DNA of 31,237 nucleotides from positions 1 through 31,237 of the forward strand of contig JASFYR010000032.1 in the NCBI GenBank assembly GCA_045047115.1, in the 5' to 3' direction. Below, one piece after another: positions 9,451 through 19,225 of the stretch (position 1 is the stretch's first letter; each line of letters opens with the position of its first letter). The notes under the pieces are model-generated. The model saw nothing but the letters and a program-made list of their open reading frames with translations. It made no database searches and was not told the DNA's origin. The translations under genes and the position numbers were made by a program. Origin of the DNA: Sulfurospirillum sp. Its GTDB lineage: Bacteria; Campylobacterota; Campylobacteria; Campylobacterales; Sulfurospirillaceae.

Positions 9451-9983
9451 AAACAATTACCACTTTTTTTCTAGTTTTTTACTCTTTGGTATATGCGTAT
9501 AGTAAAAAAGAGTTGATAAGTGACTATCAAAATAAAAATTTTAAAAAAGTATGTATAGACGGAGCGATTTCTGATAGTAAAGATGAAGCTATATTGTCTC
9601 TGGTAGGAAATGCCTGTTTGAAAATAGACGCCATAAATCCACTGGGAATTATAGTAAAAAGACTCGTATCAACTCCAAAATATAGAGAAAATGCATCCTA
9701 TTTTGCCACTATCTTGTTACAAAAAAAACTGATTTATCAATTTATGAATGATGGAATTGATTTGAAGAGCATAAGACTGCCAAGAACATCAAATATACTT
9801 TCAGTTGTATTTGAAAATATTATTAAAAAAAATTATAGAGTTATAGATAGAAACAAAAACAAAATAGAGATAAGTATTGGAAATAAAAAGTATATTCTTT
9901 GGCGTTCAAATGATAATCCACCCAAAGTTTTTATAGATGAATACAAAGATGGAATTTTATTAAAAACACATTGGTATCTATAA
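9447..9983 (+). CDS. Exported hypothetical protein
   Basis: 178-aa ORF with a Sec-type signal (…VYA|Y) and two Cys; ATGA-coupled to the upstream gene. Confidence 0.7.
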   Translation: MKTITTFFLVFYSLVYAYSKKELISDYQNKNFKKVCIDGAISDSKDEAILSLVGNACLKIDAINPLGIIVKRLVSTPKYRENASYFATILLQKKLIYQFMNDGIDLKSIRLPRTSNILSVVFENIIKKNYRVIDRNKNKIEISIGNKKYILWRSNDNPPKVFIDEYKDGILLKTHWYL

Positions 9984-10008
9984 AATGAGTAGAAGGACAG
10001 TAAAATGA

Positions 10009-10084
10009 AATTTCTTGGCAAAGCCAAAGCTTTAGTCGCGAGGAATTTTTGCGGAATTCACTTCCGTAAAAAGGGGACAGTAAA
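10009..10084 (+). repeat. Two-hairpin dispersed element, copy 1 (upstream of the GspE/MshE gene)
   Basis: 10028-10079 is identical over 52 bp to the reverse complement of 31143-31194; flanked by the direct repeat GGACAGTAAAATGA (9995-10008 and 10075-10088). Confidence 0.95.
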
Positions 10085-11752
10085 ATGATTCAAAAAAAGA
10101 TACGAATTGGTGATATCCTCATCGAAAAGGGATTTATAGACCAGGACCAATTGATGCTGGCTCTAAAAGAACAAAAAAAGAGTAATTTTGCAAAGAAATT
10201 GGGTCAGTATTTTGTAGATGAAGGTTATATCAGCGAGAGAGCTTTTGCGGAGATTTTAGCTGAGCAGTTAGATATAGAGTTTATCGACCTATACGGTGTC
10301 GAGGTTGATTTTAACTTAATGACAAAATACCCCTTAAATTTACTCAAAAGTTCTTTGGCTGTGCCTTTTTTGGAAGATGAAGAGTTTGTTCATGTAGCAG
10401 TTGTTGATCCACTAGATTATGAATCCATAGAGCTTTTAGAGAGAAATATAGCAACCAAGCCTATAAAGTTGTATGTATCACTAAAAAGTGATGTAAATCA
10501 CATCTTTGAAAGATTTGAGATAATTTCTACAACAAAACTGATAGTTGACAATATAAAAAGAGAGATAGCTACAAATACCTATAAAGCCGATAGTGAACAG
10601 AGTTCAATCATGCAGCTTATAGAACAGATAGTAAAAAGTGCTATCAAAAACAATGCGAGTGATATATATATAGAGCCCTCAGCTTTTAATGTATCTGTTA
10701 GAAGCAGAATAGATGGAATTTTGAGAGAAAATTTTGTGTTTGATATGGATATATATAATGCTTTGGCATCTAGAATCAAGATACTGGGAAATCTGGATAT
10801 CAGTGAAAAAAGAAAATCTCAAGATGGCAGGTTTACCATGACTGTAGAAAATGGTATATATGATTTTAGACTCTCAACTGCTCCGACAATGTTTGGTGAA
10901 TCAATAGCCATGAGAATCTTAGATCAACAAAAGATACTGCTGAAACTTCGTGATTTAGGCATGGAAGAGAGTAATATAAAAACATTTGAAGAGATTTTAA
11001 AGTCACCTTATGGCATCATTTTTGTAACGGGTCCTACAGGAAGCGGAAAAACTACAACACTGTATGCTGCCCTAAATGAAATCAAAAGTATGGAAAACAA
11101 AATGATAACTATAGAAGATCCTATAGAATATCAACTTCCGCTCGCCCAACAGATACAGATAAATGAAAAGATAGATTACTCTTTTGCTGAGGCCTTGAGA
11201 TCTATTTTGAGGCAAGATCCAGATATCATAATGGTTGGTGAAGTGCGAGATAGTGAGACTCTCAATATCGCAGTGCAAGCATCTCTGACAGGGCATCTTG
11301 TATTTACAACACTGCATACAAATGATGCACCAAGTGCAATAACAAGGATGATCCAGATGAATTTGGAGCCATATCTTATCGCTGATTCACTTGTTGGCGT
11401 AATGGCACAAAGACTTGTGAGAAAAATTTGTCCATACTGTAAAAAAGAGCATAGAGTGCCAAAAAATATGTTGGATTCTGTTAAAAAATATCTTCCCTCT
11501 GAGTATAAATTTTTTAAGGGCGAGGGATGTATTAGATGTGGTTTTAGTGGATACAGCGGCAGAACAATGATAAGTGAGATTTTAAAAATCAGCGAAACGA
11601 TATCTCATCTCATATCCATCAACATGAATAAATATGAAATAGCAAGAAAAGCCGAAGAAAATGATGGCTTTGAGCCTATGATGATTGATGGTTTAAAAAA
11701 AGCACTTGCCGGAATAACAACGCTAGAAGAGGTTTTGAGAGTTGCAAAGTAA
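10085..11752 (+). CDS. mshE: Pilus assembly ATPase GspE/PilB/MshE (CtsE) with an MshEN domain
   Basis: Walker A GPTGSGKT, 'TIEDPIEY', 'LRQDPDIIMVGEVRD', His box 'TGHLVFTTLHTND', CxxC...CxxC zinc motif, and N-terminal RIGxxLxxxG...LxxQ. Confidence 0.93.
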   Translation: MIQKKIRIGDILIEKGFIDQDQLMLALKEQKKSNFAKKLGQYFVDEGYISERAFAEILAEQLDIEFIDLYGVEVDFNLMTKYPLNLLKSSLAVPFLEDEEFVHVAVVDPLDYESIELLERNIATKPIKLYVSLKSDVNHIFERFEIISTTKLIVDNIKREIATNTYKADSEQSSIMQLIEQIVKSAIKNNASDIYIEPSAFNVSVRSRIDGILRENFVFDMDIYNALASRIKILGNLDISEKRKSQDGRFTMTVENGIYDFRLSTAPTMFGESIAMRILDQQKILLKLRDLGMEESNIKTFEEILKSPYGIIFVTGPTGSGKTTTLYAALNEIKSMENKMITIEDPIEYQLPLAQQIQINEKIDYSFAEALRSILRQDPDIIMVGEVRDSETLNIAVQASLTGHLVFTTLHTNDAPSAITRMIQMNLEPYLIADSLVGVMAQRLVRKICPYCKKEHRVPKNMLDSVKKYLPSEYKFFKGEGCIRCGFSGYSGRTMISEILKISETISHLISINMNKYEIARKAEENDGFEPMMIDGLKKALAGITTLEEVLRVAK

Positions 11753-13007
11753 ACAAACAGGTATAAAATTTTTTGAGATAGAGTATATATCAAACGGTAA
11801 AAAAAATAAAACAGTACTCTCAAGTCAAAATAAATTTGAAGCTATAAAAGATTTTAAGTCAAAAACTATCGGTGTTTTTCTTGGTATCGAAGAAGTAGCA
11901 GAACCTTTTAGTGTAAAATTAGATCTGCTAAAGAAGTATCTAAAAGATAAACTAAGAGCAAAAAAAATCCCTCTTGAGCCCTATATAGCTTCATTGCGAC
12001 AGATTTCAACGATGCTAAATGCCGGATTACCTATCACCACTTGCTTGAAAGATGTTGTTAAAACTACAGAACACAAAAGACTCAAAGAGATTTTTACTAC
12101 GGTTCTCGAAGAGGTGGAGTCAGGAATAAATCTATCAAATGCATTTATGATATTTGAAGAAGAGGTTGGAACCATATCTATAGCGCTATTTGATTTAGGT
12201 GAAAAAACAGGTACTTTGGATGATTCGATCGGAAAATTAGCAGATATACTCCAAGAAGTCTATGACAATCGAATGAAACTCAAAAAAGCGACCAGATATC
12301 CGATAATAGTAATAGTCGTGATGATTATAGCCTTTTCTGTTGTTTTGACGCTTGTTGTGCCGCAATTTAAAGATATGTTTGATGAGTACAATGCCAATCT
12401 TCCTTTTCCTACAATTTTACTCTTATGGATAGAAAATGCTGTTAGAGAATATGGGGTTTTTGTGATTTTAGGTGCTTTTTTGTTTAGTAGCGCTCTTTCT
12501 TATGCATATAAAAAAAGTGCCAAATTTAAACTCTTGTTCGATAGATATATGTTAAAAGTATATATAGTCGGACAAGTTATATTTCTCTCTATGATTGGCA
12601 GATTTGTGTATGTTTTTGATAGACTCAGTACTTCTGGTATACCTATCATTGACTCACTGAAGACTGCTATTGGTATCGTAGAAAACAGTTATTTAAAAAA
12701 AAGACTAAGAGAGATAATAGATGCTATAGAAGAGGGTAGGAGTCTGACAAATGGTTTTGAAGATACACAGCAGTTTGAAAGTATGATTATTCAAATGATA
12801 AGTGCGGGAGAAAACAGCGGTTCTCTGAGTGGTATGTTAGATAAGATATCAGATATATATAGAAAAAAGTATGCTTATTTAGTGGACAATGTCTCTACTA
12901 TGATTGAACCACTTCTTATCGCTGCAATTGCCGGTTTTGTTTTGCTTCTTGCCCTCGGTATATTTTTGCCTATGTGGTCTATCGCAGAAGCGGTTGGCGG
13001 TACCTGA
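11742..13007 (+). CDS. Platform protein GspF/PilC/MshG (CtsF)
   Basis: 'RQISTMLNAGLP', 'GEKTGTLD', 'YPIIV', 'AGENSGSL' and 'MIEPLL…IFLPMW'; the TTG start is uncertain. Confidence 0.92.
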   Translation: MQSKQTGIKFFEIEYISNGKKNKTVLSSQNKFEAIKDFKSKTIGVFLGIEEVAEPFSVKLDLLKKYLKDKLRAKKIPLEPYIASLRQISTMLNAGLPITTCLKDVVKTTEHKRLKEIFTTVLEEVESGINLSNAFMIFEEEVGTISIALFDLGEKTGTLDDSIGKLADILQEVYDNRMKLKKATRYPIIVIVVMIIAFSVVLTLVVPQFKDMFDEYNANLPFPTILLLWIENAVREYGVFVILGAFLFSSALSYAYKKSAKFKLLFDRYMLKVYIVGQVIFLSMIGRFVYVFDRLSTSGIPIIDSLKTAIGIVENSYLKKRLREIIDAIEEGRSLTNGFEDTQQFESMIIQMISAGENSGSLSGMLDKISDIYRKKYAYLVDNVSTMIEPLLIAAIAGFVLLLALGIFLPMWSIAEAVGGT

Positions 13008-13098
13008 TGGATATGCAAATCGGAACTATAAGTGTTGCAATTTTCAGTGCAATTATACTGGGTATCGTTTTTTGGATTATTAAAAAGATAACAAGTAT

Positions 13099-13689
13099 TT
13101 AATTACAAGTCAAGGCTATATCATAGTTCGCAGGTGTTGTTCCGTTGTTGTCTATAAGTAAGAAATCTCCAACAGATATCTCTTTAGCGTTGTAGTTACA
13201 GTTTTTATCCGGATTTGTATAGAAAGCATATATCCAAAAATCATTTTTATCTGGTTTGTTTGCTATATCGCTACCAGGGGCATTTGTATCGTATTTTACT
13301 CCATTTTGAGGATCACTGGCCGGTCCTGTAAATATAGAGATATTATAATCACTACTGTTTATGGTTTTTTGTCTGTGAAAGTCACTGTTTTTGCCTTTTA
13401 TGACAGCGCCAAAAACATCTCCGTTCTTTGATAGGACATCCGGATATCCCTCAGAGTTTAAAAGAGTTGAGCTTTGGTGATTTCCCCAGGTGAAATCACC
13501 CTCATTTATACTCCACTCTCCATTTGCACTCTCAAGCGCAGTAGCAACTGCCGAGACAGTTGCTATCTCGGCAGATTTTTTTGCGCCATCTTTTATGGAT
13601 GAGAGTTTAGGAACTGCGATAGAAGCAAGTATCCCTATGATAACAATTACAAAGATAAGTTCTACCATTGTAAAGGCTTGTTTACTCAT
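13099..13689 (-). CDS. Type IV pilin-like protein
   Basis: MSKQA|FTMVELIFVIVIIGILASIAVPKL; C-terminal Cys pair. Confidence 0.88.
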   Translation of the reverse strand: MSKQAFTMVELIFVIVIIGILASIAVPKLSSIKDGAKKSAEIATVSAVATALESANGEWSINEGDFTWGNHQSSTLLNSEGYPDVLSKNGDVFGAVIKGKNSDFHRQKTINSSDYNISIFTGPASDPQNGVKYDTNAPGSDIANKPDKNDFWIYAFYTNPDKNCNYNAKEISVGDFLLIDNNGTTPANYDIALTCN

Positions 13690-13693
13690 ATTT

Positions 13694-14443
13694 TTAGAAT
13701 CGAACTTCCAAAACAGTGTTTAGTAGCTGAGCAGTAGTTGCATCAGAGCGAATCATATCCAGATTTCTGATAGCTGCTCCGGCTCCATTTCCGGTAACTA
13801 ACTGTGATGTGCCGTTTAAATCCAACAATCCAACTGAACGAGCAGGGATTATCGTTGGTGATGTGTGTAGCACATATGTTGCAGTTGTGCTTGTTATATT
13901 TACATCAAAATCATTTGGATTAAATACCCACAGATCATTTTTATCAGGGCTTCCCGCTATATCTTCTCCTGGGATATCGCTTGAGACACTAACCCCTGTT
14001 ACAGGATCAGATGCAGGCCCAACTAAAAAAAGCACATCATTTGAAGGACTTACATTTGTACTCCAATTGACGATATCGGTACCGCTTGAGCCAGCCCCAC
14101 CAACTATCCTAAAGTGTTCACCTTTTTTTAGGATATGGTGTAATACTTTGTGTGGGATATTTACATTTTGATTGTAAGCTTCAGTAGCAGTATATCTTGA
14201 ACTGAAACCACCGTCAGATATATTTACATCGTGCCATAGGACATTTGTATCTCCATAGTCCGAGAGTCTAAACTCTACTGCAGCTGTTATCGTGCCATCA
14301 AGGCTAGACATAGTTGCTAACTCACTATTTACCTTGGCCTTGTTTCTTATTCCGCTGAATTTTGGTAGTGCGGTTGCTGCCAAAATTCCTATAATTATGA
14401 TTACGAAAATCAACTCTACCATTGTGAAACCACTTCTTTTCAT
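13694..14443 (-). CDS. Type IV pilin-like protein (candidate major pilin)
   Basis: MKRSG|FTMVELIFVIIIIGILAATALPKF; strong AGGAG RBS; first gene after its own promoter region. Confidence 0.88.
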   Translation of the reverse strand: MKRSGFTMVELIFVIIIIGILAATALPKFSGIRNKAKVNSELATMSSLDGTITAAVEFRLSDYGDTNVLWHDVNISDGGFSSRYTATEAYNQNVNIPHKVLHHILKKGEHFRIVGGAGSSGTDIVNWSTNVSPSNDVLFLVGPASDPVTGVSVSSDIPGEDIAGSPDKNDLWVFNPNDFDVNITSTTATYVLHTSPTIIPARSVGLLDLNGTSQLVTGNGAGAAIRNLDMIRSDATTAQLLNTVLEVRF

Positions 14444-14559
14444 TTTATGCTCCTAAAATTGTATTTTTTTTATTATATCTTTATATCGGTTATTTTTTTC
14501 TTTATTTTATGATAAATAAAACTTTTTTGTATATAATTCCACTCTTTTAAAGGATATAG
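14444..14559. promoter_or_regulatory. Divergent sigma70-type promoter region (pilins / helicase)
   Basis: TATAAT on the minus strand at 14472-14477 and on the plus strand at 14532-14537, with upstream T-tracts typical of Campylobacterota promoters. Confidence 0.5.
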
Positions 14560-16587
14560 ATGGCACTTTCAAGACTAAACCAAGAACAATACACCGCTGC
14601 AACAGCTGATGCAGGAGCAAATCTCATAGTTGCGAGTGCAGGAACCGGCAAGACTTCAACTATCGTGGCTCGTATATCATTTTTATTGAAAGAAGGTGTT
14701 AGACCAGAGCATATACTTCTTCTGACCTTTACAAACAAAGCAGCCTCGCAGATGCTTCAAAGAGTGCAGAGGTATTTTGATAAAAGCGTGGTTGAGAAGA
14801 TAGAATCCGGTACTTTTCATGCGGTCAGTTACAGGCTTTTGAAGAAAATCGGACGAGATATAAAGCTAAAAACACCAAAAGATTTAAAGATTCTTTTAAA
14901 GAGCATACATGCAAAAAGAAGGTTTGACCATATAGACTCACCCATAAAACCATATCAGTCATCGTATCTATACGATCTATTTTCACTCTACCAAAACTCT
15001 ACGGTAAATTTGAGTTTTTCAAGGTGGCTGGATGAGAGCGGTAGTGAACATGGAGTCTATTTTGATATATATGAAGATATATTTGAAGAGTTTTTGGATT
15101 TAAAAAAAGAGTATGGTTATGTAGGGTTCAATGACCTTTTGATTTTGATGAGAGATGCTCTAAAAAATAACAGAGATATAAGATTTTCAGAAGTTTTGGT
15201 AGATGAGTATCAAGATACAAATATACTCCAAAACTCTCTTATAGATGCTTTTGAAAAAAAATCTCTCTTTTGTGTGGGTGATTATGATCAAAGTATCTAT
15301 GCTTTTAACGGTGCTGATATAGGGATAATCGGTTCATTTAAAGATAGATATAAAAATTCAAGAATATTCAAATTAAATAAAAATTACCGCTCAACTTCAA
15401 AGATAATTTCCCTGGCAAACAGAGTGATAAAAAATAATCCAAGACTTTACGATAAAGAGCTTGAAGTGACAAGAGTCGGTGAGTGTGAATCTCCTAGACT
15501 TTTGGTTTATGAGGAGCTTTTTGACCAATACCACTTCATATCAAGGCTCATAAAAGAGTCGAAAACCCCACAAGAAGAGATAGCTGTTATCTTTAGAAAC
15601 AATGCAAGTGCAGACGGTATAGAGGCGACTCTAAGAGAGCTAGGAGTCTCTTGCAAGAGAAAAGGAGGAGTCAGTTTTTTTGATTCTCGTGAAGTAAAAG
15701 TGATGATTGATCTTGTGAGTGTTGTTGTAAATCCTAAAGATATGATGAGTTTTATACATATATTTGAGTATGCCAAAGGTGTTGGTGCTGCACTCTCAAA
15801 AGAGCTTTTTGAAGGATTGTACAAGATAGGAAAGGGTGATATTTACAGAGGATTTTTTCATCCAGATGACACCATAAAGCCATTTAAGAAAAGAGTCAAA
15901 AATTATCAACTGGGTCTTTTTGATGATTATGGAGAGCCCGGAAGTGTGGGGCGGTTTTATAAGCTCGGATTTGATGAGATTTTTCTCTCAAATCCTATAC
16001 TAAAACATGCAAAACTAAATGATGATGGAGCAAAATTTATATATAATTTTTACAAGTATCTAAAAAATACAATCCGGATAAAAAGCCCAAAAAGTCTGAT
16101 TTCTCACATTGTCTCAAGTAGCATTTTTAAAGATATAGCAGATATTTTAGCAACATCAAGAGCTACCAAAAAAGATGGAAGTATAGATGAAGCTCTAAAA
16201 ACAGAGGCAAAAGAGAGGATTATAAGAAAGGGATATTTGCTTGAAGATATAGCATCCAACTACTCTTCTAGCGAAAGATTTTTAAATGCCATAACCCTTG
16301 GAAGCGGAGAGATGAGCGAGGGAGAGGGCGTAAATCTTTTAAGTATCCATGCTAGTAAAGGTTTGGAATTTCGAGAAGTTTTTGTCATAGACTTGATGGA
16401 CGGAAGATTTCCAAATCGAAAACTTATGAGTAAAGGCGGAAGTTTGGAAGAGGAGAGAAGACTTTTTTATGTAGCAACCACCAGAGCTAAAGACAAACTG
16501 TCTCTATCTTATGCAAAATATGACAAGATTAAAAAAATCACCTATATACATTCACCGTTTCTCAGCGAAGCTGGACTGATTAGTTAA
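14560..16587 (+). CDS. UvrD/Rep/PcrA-family ATP-dependent DNA helicase
   Basis: ASAGTGKT, TFTNKAA, VDEYQD, VGDYDQSIYAF, NYRS, SIHASKGLEF and EERRLFYVATTRAK. Confidence 0.95.
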   Translation: MALSRLNQEQYTAATADAGANLIVASAGTGKTSTIVARISFLLKEGVRPEHILLLTFTNKAASQMLQRVQRYFDKSVVEKIESGTFHAVSYRLLKKIGRDIKLKTPKDLKILLKSIHAKRRFDHIDSPIKPYQSSYLYDLFSLYQNSTVNLSFSRWLDESGSEHGVYFDIYEDIFEEFLDLKKEYGYVGFNDLLILMRDALKNNRDIRFSEVLVDEYQDTNILQNSLIDAFEKKSLFCVGDYDQSIYAFNGADIGIIGSFKDRYKNSRIFKLNKNYRSTSKIISLANRVIKNNPRLYDKELEVTRVGECESPRLLVYEELFDQYHFISRLIKESKTPQEEIAVIFRNNASADGIEATLRELGVSCKRKGGVSFFDSREVKVMIDLVSVVVNPKDMMSFIHIFEYAKGVGAALSKELFEGLYKIGKGDIYRGFFHPDDTIKPFKKRVKNYQLGLFDDYGEPGSVGRFYKLGFDEIFLSNPILKHAKLNDDGAKFIYNFYKYLKNTIRIKSPKSLISHIVSSSIFKDIADILATSRATKKDGSIDEALKTEAKERIIRKGYLLEDIASNYSSSERFLNAITLGSGEMSEGEGVNLLSIHASKGLEFREVFVIDLMDGRFPNRKLMSKGGSLEEERRLFYVATTRAKDKLSLSYAKYDKIKKITYIHSPFLSEAGLIS

Positions 16588-16640
16588 ATATTTATAAAAT
16601 ATCGATACAATCTAAGAAAATTATTTTCAGGAGTCAAATA

Positions 16641-17039
16641 GTGAAAAAAATTGTATTGGTACTTATGTTGTTGTTTGGTTTTGCAAATGCTGAGGTGATG
16701 AATTTTCCTATCAGTAAAAATGTTGTGAATTCCGGCAAAAAGATTATAGATATAAGAACAAAAGCAGAATGGAAACAAACAGGCGTCATTAAAAATTCAA
16801 TTCTTATCACATTTTTTGATGAAATGGGCAGATATAATCTTCCTAAATTCTTAAAAGCTTTAAATGCTCATATAAAGAAAAATGAGAGATTTGCATTGGT
16901 TTGCAGAACTGGACACAGAAGCAGAATTGTAGCAAAATACCTAGGAGAGCATGGATATCATGTCATAGATTTACTTGGCGGTGTACAGGCTTTGGCGAGA
17001 GACAACTACAAGTTTGTAAAATATGAAAACAATAAATAA
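16641..17039 (+). CDS. Exported single-domain rhodanese (sulfurtransferase)
   Basis: GTG start after AGGAG; signal peptide (…ANA|E); '[10 protein letters not shown]', active-site loop CRTGHRS and 'DLLGG'. Confidence 0.85.
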   Translation: MKKIVLVLMLLFGFANAEVMNFPISKNVVNSGKKIIDIRTKAEWKQTGVIKNSILITFFDEMGRYNLPKFLKALNAHIKKNERFALVCRTGHRSRIVAKYLGEHGYHVIDLLGGVQALARDNYKFVKYENNK

Positions 17040-19050
17040 GCTATTTTTAATCTTATTGATAGGGATAAGTATGCAAGCAGCAAAATACAGATACACAAAT
17101 GATTTGATACATGAGCAATCTCCATATCTTTTACAACATGCCCACAATCCCGTGCATTGGATGGCTTGGGGAGATAAGGCTTTTGCAAAGGCAAAAAAAG
17201 AACATAAATTGATATTTTTATCTATAGGGTATAGCACTTGTCACTGGTGCCATGTGATGGAGAAAGAAACCTTTGAAGATGTTTCAAGCGCTAAGATTTT
17301 AAATGATAATTTTGTCTCTATAAAAGTGGATCGTGAAGAGAGACCGGATATCGACAAATACTACCAGGATGTTTTCTATCTTCTAAATAAAAGAGGAGGA
17401 GGGTGGCCGCTAACCATAGTGATGACGCCGGAGCGCAAAGTTATATACGCTGGAACATATCTACCAAAAAAGAGAAAATCTTACTCGCCCAGTTTTAAGG
17501 ATGTGATGAATTTCCTTGTGAATAAATTTAAAAACAGTCCAAATGAAATAAAAAAAAGTGCAGACAGTATAGAGCATGCTATAAATCAATATACAAATAT
17601 TATGACCACAAAAGATGATATTAGCTTAAAAGTGATAGGTGCTTTTGTGGATGATGTGAAAGCAAGTTATGACAATATATATAAAGGTATAGGAAAATCT
17701 CCAAAATTTCCGCATGCCAGTACCTTTGATACGCTTTTGGATATATACAAAATTACAAAAAATCAAGATGCACTTTCTATGAGCGAAGATGCTCTAAGTG
17801 CAATGGCAAATGGTGGTATAAACGACCAAATAGAGGGTGGATTTTTTAGATACAGTACTGATGGTGCATGGACTATACCACATTTTGAAAAGATGCTCTA
17901 TACAAATGCTGAATTGATACAGATTTACTCAAAACTATATAGTATAAAACCAACAGATTTTACAAAAGAAGTAGTGAAGAAAACTGTCGAAAATATGGAT
18001 GAGAGATTTTTGGCTGACGGATTGTACAAGAGTGCAAGTGATGCAGATAGCGAGGGAGTTGAGGGAAAGTACTTTGTGTTTGATGAACAAGAGGCAGTTT
18101 CTGCTCTTAAAAAAGCAGGATTTAATGATAAAAATATAGAGAAGATTTTAACTTATCTGAGTATCACCACGATTGGAAATTTTGAAAATGAAAAATCAAA
18201 TCCTATGGCAGATACCCAAGAGAGAAAGCCAGAAAATCTAAAGAAAGCCAAAATTGTTTTAAAAAAACTAAGAAGCAATATCCGATATCCTTTTATAGAT
18301 GACAAGATTCTTACTTCTTGGAACTCTTTGATGGCAAGTGCTCTTTTTGAAGCAGGAGATATAGATGAAAAATACTCCAAAAAAGCTCTCCTTTTGGTCG
18401 ATAATATGCTCTCAAAACTAGAAAAAGATGGTATCTTGTATCATCAACTTCTTATTGGTAGAGATTTGAAAGTGAAAGGACTTTTGGAAGATTATGCATT
18501 TTTGACTGATGCGTTAATCGGTGCATTTGAATACTCTTTGGATGAAAGATATCTCAACAAAGCTTTAGTTTTTACAAGTATGGCATTGAAAAAGTTTTAT
18601 GTAAATAACACATGGTATCTTTCTGATACTGATTTTAAATCAATCGCACCTTTGGAGGATGCAAGCTATAGAAGTGCACAAGCAGTCATGATAAAAGATA
18701 TCTATATTCTAGCGCTTCTAAGCGGTGATATGACACTATATGACAGGGCAGAGACTATGCTTTCTCAAATAGCCGGAAAAATAAAAAGCCATCCAAGCGC
18801 CTATCCTGAGGCGATAAAATTGGTGCTTATATCAAAGAAGGGAGAGATTGATTTAAAGGGTCCAAAAGATAAATTATCCAAGCTTAAAGAGATTAAGAAA
18901 GAGATAAACTACCCCTATATGTACATACTTCAAGTAAATCAAGATATGCTTCAAGCTTGCAGCGCAAAGCAGTGTTTCGCCTTTTCCAAAGATGCAAAAG
19001 AGTTACAAAAACAAATCATAAAATACCTTCAAAAGACCACTGCTCAGTAG
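17023..19050 (+). CDS. DUF255/YyaL (SPATA20-like) thioredoxin-domain protein with an alpha/alpha-barrel C-terminus
   Basis: '[14 protein letters not shown]', '[13 protein letters not shown]', '[11 protein letters not shown]', 'GGWPLT' and 'PHFEKMLY'; N-terminal signal peptide. Confidence 0.92.
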   Translation: MKTINKLFLILLIGISMQAAKYRYTNDLIHEQSPYLLQHAHNPVHWMAWGDKAFAKAKKEHKLIFLSIGYSTCHWCHVMEKETFEDVSSAKILNDNFVSIKVDREERPDIDKYYQDVFYLLNKRGGGWPLTIVMTPERKVIYAGTYLPKKRKSYSPSFKDVMNFLVNKFKNSPNEIKKSADSIEHAINQYTNIMTTKDDISLKVIGAFVDDVKASYDNIYKGIGKSPKFPHASTFDTLLDIYKITKNQDALSMSEDALSAMANGGINDQIEGGFFRYSTDGAWTIPHFEKMLYTNAELIQIYSKLYSIKPTDFTKEVVKKTVENMDERFLADGLYKSASDADSEGVEGKYFVFDEQEAVSALKKAGFNDKNIEKILTYLSITTIGNFENEKSNPMADTQERKPENLKKAKIVLKKLRSNIRYPFIDDKILTSWNSLMASALFEAGDIDEKYSKKALLLVDNMLSKLEKDGILYHQLLIGRDLKVKGLLEDYAFLTDALIGAFEYSLDERYLNKALVFTSMALKKFYVNNTWYLSDTDFKSIAPLEDASYRSAQAVMIKDIYILALLSGDMTLYDRAETMLSQIAGKIKSHPSAYPEAIKLVLISKKGEIDLKGPKDKLSKLKEIKKEINYPYMYILQVNQDMLQACSAKQCFAFSKDAKELQKQIIKYLQKTTAQ

Positions 19051-19071
19051 TCTCTTCAACGCTAACATTTT

Positions 19072-19118
19072 CAGTGTGCAACCAATCTCTAAATATGGTT
19101 GCACACTGTTTCGTTTTT
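19072..19118 (+). terminator. Intrinsic terminator
   Basis: 13-bp perfect stem CAGTGTGCAACCA / TGGTTGCACACTG (19072-19108) followed by TTTCGTTTTT. Confidence 0.75.
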
Positions 19119-19225
19119 ACACAACAATAATTGATAGCATTAATATTAACTTAATTTAATTATGTAGTAAAGTTATTTAAAGAATTATATGGCTATAATA
19201 AATACTTTATTAAATCAAAAGATAT

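Noticed and set aside
10655..10678. ASDIYIEP instead of the usual ASDIHIEP in the GspE/MshE ATPase
   Set aside because: A single substitution with the Walker, Asp and His boxes intact; not enough to call the gene inactive.
13035..13052. TTGCA-N8-TGCAA in the convergent gspF/pilin gap
   Set aside because: A 5-bp stem is too weak to support a terminator or operator call.
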